Positions 58,187-64,000 of a stretch of 64,000 nt of DNA are shown here, one piece after another. Both the position numbers and the translations under genes were made by a program. The DNA is from Octopus vulgaris (taxonomy: Eukaryota). The notes below the pieces were generated by a model. The model saw only the letters and a program-made list of their open reading frames with translations. It searched no databases and had not been told where the DNA came from. Position 1 is the first letter of the stretch. Each line of letters begins with the position of its first letter. The stretch covers positions 28,396,001 through 28,460,000 of the forward strand of contig OX597830.1 of NCBI GenBank assembly GCA_951406725.2, read 5' to 3'.

Positions 58187-58648
58187 AGTAGCTACTTGAA
58201 TTAAGGTATATTTTCTTTTATTGAGGGAAAGTCTGTTATAGAAGAAGAATGAAGCTGCCACTACACGTGAATGAGGCACGAAAGGGCGAAAAGAAAAGGC
58301 TGCCGACGCTCAGAGAACTCATAAGAGGAAAACTATATAAACTAGTGAAAAACATGGACGAACTGTTCAGGGAAGTCTACATCGGAAACATGAGAGATCT
58401 AAATACTGAGCAGCCTCTTCGGCTGTGCAGTCCCTTGGGTTTAAAAGTGAAAGAAAACCAATGGACAGAGCCACATGGTGGGATTCTTCTTCTTCTTCTT
58501 CTTCTTCTTCTTCTTCTTCTTCTTCTTCTTCTTCTTCTTCTTCTTCTTCTTCTTCTTCTTCTTCTTCTTCTTCTACATATGTATTATAATTACTGTTACG
58601 TTTATGGAGCTGCAGCTGATAAGGATGATGATGATGATGATGATGATG

Positions 58649-58696
<48 letters not shown>

Positions 58697-59019
58697 GTAA
58701 TAATAATAATAACAATTCTTTCTTCTTCTTCTTCTTCTTCTTCTTCTTCTTCTTCTTCTTCTTTCTTCTTATTATTGTTATTATCATTATGCCAAGACAA
58801 CCTTGTCTTTTTTATTATTATTATGATATTCATCCTTTTATTTCCCCAGATTATAAGGTCAACCATATATATTTCCACTGTGACACTGCTAACACAACGT
58901 CTACAGTTTCTCAGGAAGAAATCGAAACGTACTTAATACGAGCTTTATCATATATTTCTTCCTTTTTCTTATATATATTTTTCCCTTTTTTTCCCTATTT
59001 GTTTCTTGTCTTATACATA

Positions 59020-59078
<59 letters not shown>

Positions 59079-59658
59079 CCCTCTTCTTTTCATTGCCTTT
59101 GATGTCGTTCATAACTGGAAGCGTTTTCGGTATTGGCATCATATGGCAGCATAAGGCACGAAGATGATCGACGAATAAATTCTTCAGAGTTTTGAAAAGA
59201 ATATCTGCTGTGCCTTAGGTCAAAGCTATGCTTTTACAGAAACATTATCTGACCAATTGGGATCTAGTCATTGTTATGATGCAATAAGATTCCATAAAAT
59301 AAATCGGCCATTGGCCCTCTGTAGGAATACAATGATCGCTTCGTAAGCTTGATCAATATGGAAAGATTCACGACGCCTGCTCATCAAAAGTTAATGATTC
59401 TTTCATCTTTGATATGTAGCGAAAGCTATTAAAATTATGAAAATATCCTATGGAAACCATCAATCTCCAATATTACGCACACATACACGCACATACACAC
59501 ACACACGCACAACATGCAAACGCAAGCACACGCACATATACTCATAGATATAGACAAATATATACAAACCTAAATTAACTTCACACGCATACACATAGAC
59601 ACACATAAACCATACACAAACGCACACACATGCATATATATATATGTATATATATATA

Positions 59659-59709
<51 letters not shown>

Positions 59710-59838
59710 ACATATATACATATATATATACATACATTTATATATATATATACGCACACATACACAGACACGAATATTATATGTGGTGCATACATATGCA
59801 TGCCGATGTGTGAATATGTGTGTGAATGTATAAGTGTG

Positions 59839-59876
<38 letters not shown>

Positions 59877-59900
59877 TATGTACGTGTGGAATTGTGTAGG

Positions 59901-59943
<43 letters not shown>

Positions 59944-60713
59944 CTAACTACATATACGTATACGTATTTCGTACGTGCACACATACACATACGCAAAAAC
60001 ACACACATACCTATTTCCCTGTGTTTAAGATGAGCGGGCTGGTAGAGTGTATGTTGTTATATATATCACATTAATATATATGCAAATATATGTAGATGCA
60101 GAAAGGCACCGAGGAGAGACATTATACATACGTACACAGACATATGCATGCGTTGTGTGTGTGTGTGCATGACTGAATGAATGTGTGAGTGTGTGTGTGT
60201 GTGTGTTTGCGTGTCTGTGCGTGAGTATATGCGTATATATTTGTAGAAAGATGTTGTGGATGAGAGAGATTGAAATGAAGAAGCTGCTGACGCTTGAATA
60301 GCATCAATGAGTCAGAGATTACATGAGGAAAATTAAGGCTGTGCACCAGCATGGGCATGGCTTTACAAATGTAAACAATAAAAGAATGAATGAATAAAAG
60401 AATATAAGAATATACACTGTATATTCATGCATAAACAATTTTATATTCATATTCACATATCTCTAATTTACGCGTGCGTATAGATATGCTTGTATATACT
60501 TATGTATGTATATGTCTGCAGTTATATATATGATTATATGTATATATGTATAAACACATACCTATATACATACATGTATATATATGTATATGTATCTGTG
60601 TGCATATATACGTAAATATATGTGTGTTTATTTTTGTATATATGTATGTATATATATACACACAAACACACATATATGTATGTATATGATTTCATATTTG
60701 ATCTGGTGTCCTC

Positions 60714-61430
60714 CTATGAGCTGTGGCCATGCTGGAGCGCCGCCACTTGGTGTTGCTACATAATTTTACTCCACTAATTCTTTTTATAAATTTGTCGCCA
60801 TGTGTATGAGGGAATTTCATGCTGCTGCACTTTCCCCTGTGAAGTTGGTTCATCTGGGTCACCTGAATGTAAGAGGTCTAATTTCGTTGGCATGTAGGTA
60901 TCTCGGGTTCTTCGGGATGATATCAAAGAACTGTGAGCAATTAAAGCCCAGGCTGTAGCAATACTTTACCCTTATATCTTGATGGCAAATTTGGAATTTG
61001 CAGTGGCCCCAGTCCCTCTAGTATGTTCCAGATCGATATTATGGCATATCGTTCCTGCCTACGTTCTAAGGAATAGAGTCTCAATGTTTTGAGTATTTCC
61101 CAGTAGCTTATATGCTGCATAGCAGCTATCTTCTTCGTGTGGCTTCGTTGGATTGCCTCTCAAGTTCTGCAATTAATTTTAGACTTGTTGGTGACCATAG
61201 CTGGGAGCAATAGTCAAAGGGGCTCAGGACAATTGTCCTCCAGATGGTTTCTTGATCTCTCGTTCTACAAGAACATGCAACGATGCATCATTATTCATGT
61301 AAATGCCCAGGTCTCGCACTGGTTGTGTCTCTGGAATTGTCATCCCTCCAGGTCCGGTGTATTTAATTGGTATTGCATTTTGTTTTGCATGCTGATAGCA
61401 CAAGGCTTGGAACTTTTCAATGAAATAGGG
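60714..61430 (-). mobile_element. Degenerate CR1/L2-like LINE 3' fragment (same family as 10650)
   Basis: Tail ggcggcgctccagcatggccacagctc, with remnants ERYAIISIWNILEG, CYSLGFN and PDEPTSQ. Confidence 0.75.
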
Positions 61431-61845
61431 GTGAATTCATATATATATGTGTATGTGTGTGTGTGTATTGAGTTGTTATATATATATAAGTTATAGAGAG
61501 GAAATAGATTCCTCTTTAAAGGGATGTTTGTTTCAATTCAATATATATGGGTATAATTAATTGTAGTATATGATAAGGAAGTAGATAGAACGTTTTAAAA
61601 GACAACTATCAATTTATTAACATTTTGTTAATTTATATAGACCGGCAATTGTTTTCCATATGTACTCTCATTCAAATTATAAATTTATAAATTAAAATTG
61701 CATTATGAAAATTACGTGGTAGATATTTCTTCAGGGCGAAAATTGACTCAAAGAGATTACTTCTTAATTGATTCACTGTTCCTCAACAGACTACCATATG
61801 TATGTTAATATGTCTGTAGCAAAAGAACCGTTATATGTGTGTATA

Positions 61846-61900
61846 TTTTATTTTATCTAGTTTCAGCTCACGAGCTGTGGCCATGCTGGGGCACCGCCAT
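61846..61900 (-). mobile_element. Isolated LINE/SINE 3' tail immediately downstream of tRNA-Ser
   Basis: 55/55 identical to 47476-47530. Confidence 0.88.
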
Positions 61901-61911
61901 AAAATGCTAGA

Positions 61912-61993
61912 CGACGAGGATGAGATTCGAACTCATGCGGGGAGACCCCAATGGATTAGCAGTCCATCGCCTTAACCACTCGGCCACCTCGTC
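61912..61993 (-). tRNA. tRNA-Ser-GCT: tRNA-Ser, anticodon GCT
   Basis: GACGAGGTGGCCGAGTGGTTAAGGCGATGGACTGCTAATCCATTGGGGTCTCCCCGCATGAGTTCGAATCTCATCCTCGTCG (82 nt). All stems pair, the long variable arm is GGGG-TCT-CCCC, the discriminator is G, and TTTT lies 7 nt downstream. Confidence 0.97.
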
Positions 61994-62274
61994 TACGACT
62001 TAAATAATTTCTCTTATTATGGTTGAGTGTAAGTAAATCTATTTATTTCTCATAATTTATATTATTAATTGTGAGAACGTGAATATGTAGTATAAGTTTT
62101 ATAAATTAATTAGATTATTTTCTAACTTTATTAGTCATAATTATTGGTGTCAAGCGTTAATTTTTATTTTATTTCATTTAGATATACATATATACATACA
62201 TATACATATATAAACTAATACATCTATTTGTTGTCCATACCACCTCTCTTCATCTTTCGATTTTTGTGACTTGT

Positions 62275-62358
<84 letters not shown>

Positions 62359-62359
62359 T

Positions 62360-62393
<34 letters not shown>

Positions 62394-62629
62394 TGTATGT
62401 ATGTATGTATGTATGTATGTATACATATAGAACGGGGCGTCACGAAAGGCCTGGATGGATACTCTATCTTCCGAATTCTTCTACGGGGAGTAGAAAAAAC
62501 GGAAGGGCTGTTGCAATAAGTGTGCGAATCCGAGAGTGGAATATATTGAATAAAATCATAAATAACTGATCCTCCTGTATGTTCTTTTATTTAAGGAAAA
62601 CAGGAACTTGTCAACACTCCCGTGTGTGT

Positions 62630-62668
<39 letters not shown>

Positions 62669-63595
62669 AGTTATCAACTTTCAATCACATCTCAGTTGTT
62701 TGTGTCTGTTTCGCTCTCTATGCCTGTCTGTCTCTGACTCTCTTTGTCTCTGTCTGTCTGTCTGTCTGTCTCTCTGTGTTTCTTTGTCTCTCTCTCTCTG
62801 TCTCTGTCTTCCTGTATCTCCCTCTCACTCTATCTTTCTCCATCTAACGATCAAAATCACCAGTAGATGAGGCTTCATGAAACATCCTCTACAGGCGATC
62901 TTATTTTTTTATGCCGCTATTCTAAGCTGCAGGACATTTGCTCTCGAGAATTTAGTAAATACCTTGATCAGTGCAGATATATTTTAATGGGTAAATAAAT
63001 AGACTATTCCAAACTTTTGACTTCAATGGCAGAGTGATATCATCACTACACGTATCAACGACGCAATGTTTCATAAATATGTAAACAGCACACAACTAGA
63101 CCTATATCATTTCACAAAATTGTTAATCCTCACCATCACTGAGTATCTTTTTTGATGAACATACAACTTCATTATATCCAAAACTTCTTTTAAAAACATG
63201 CCTTTCTGATTCAGAGACAGAAAATACTAATAACGGAATCTTCAGCAACCACTTCCTATTTACAAAGCCTAGCAGACGCACAGAATGGAACACTTCTATC
63301 ACAACTACGACTCTGCATTTGCTATGAAATTAGATGTCCTAAATCATATCCCATAAATAAATATTCCATTGATTGACATAAAGACTTTTACAGAAAATAA
63401 ACTGTGTCCCTCAGTCAAAGAGTTGTATCACCTCACTTCTATCTCAGTATCTCTCTCTCTCCCTCTCTCTCTCTCTTTGTCTTTTTGTCTCATTTGTAAT
63501 TGAAGAGCCTGTGTGGTTCTTATGCTATTGCTAATACAATTAAAGCTCTTCAGATTTTCTCTCATATTGTGTCCCAACCACGTTCAGGATTTGAA

Positions 63596-64000
63596 TATTG
63601 GGTTGGCAACCAAGTTCCTGCCGTTTTTTAAATTTTGGAATTCAATGCGTTTTTAAATTTTAGAGTCTATTTCTTTCGAGAATTCTATTTTTGAATGATT
63701 TTGGAGTCTCTTTCTTTTTCTAGTTAATTTTAGTTAATTTTTATTTATTTTCAGATCATGAAAATGGAATGTCAACTTAAGAAAAACAAGCATTTTCGAC
63801 ACCTTCTTTTTGGGTTTAATCAATGTACTAAGGCCGCAAAAACTGCTCGCGAAATTTGTGCCGTGCATGGAGAGGGTGCCATAGCTGAAAGAACTGGTCG
63901 CAATTGGTATGCCAAGTTCAATAATAAAAATGTTGACCTCAAAGACGCAGCTCGTTCTGGCCGTCCAGTTGATTTCGCTGAAAAGCAATTAAACCAACAT
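63596..64000 (+). mobile_element. Mariner transposon 5' part (runs off the window), frameshifted
   Basis: TIR TA-ttgggttggcaaccaagt. From 63764: MECQLKKNKHFRHLLL/GFNQCTKAAKTAREICAVHGEGAIAERTGRNWYAKF..DLKDAARSGRP. Confidence 0.92.

Overview
AT-rich, microsatellite-saturated eukaryotic non-coding DNA (intergenic or deep intronic). The repeat repertoire looks like an octopus/coleoid cephalopod; this is inferred from pattern recognition, not a database search. I cannot support any host protein-coding gene, and almost all listed ORFs are translated simple repeats. One intact tRNA-Ser(GCT) gene lies at 61912-61993 (-). Transposon remnants include mariner/Tc1 pieces, a Tigger/pogo fossil, a hAT MITE, a Helentron-like end, CR1/L2-like LINE 3' ends, a Dong/R4 LINE in (TAA)n, a decayed Penelope-like (GIY-YIG) element and several tRNA-derived SINE families. 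The most interesting signal is a set of short non-coding elements, mostly ending at (TA)n tracts, that carry minimal hammerhead-ribozyme-like motifs (CUGANGA-stem II-GAAAC-palindrome). One is a head-to-tail tandem with two motifs exactly 441 nt apart, resembling a retrozyme or Penelope pLTR system. Also notable is a LINE 3' tail directly behind the tRNA-Ser gene, which gives a proto-SINE arrangement.
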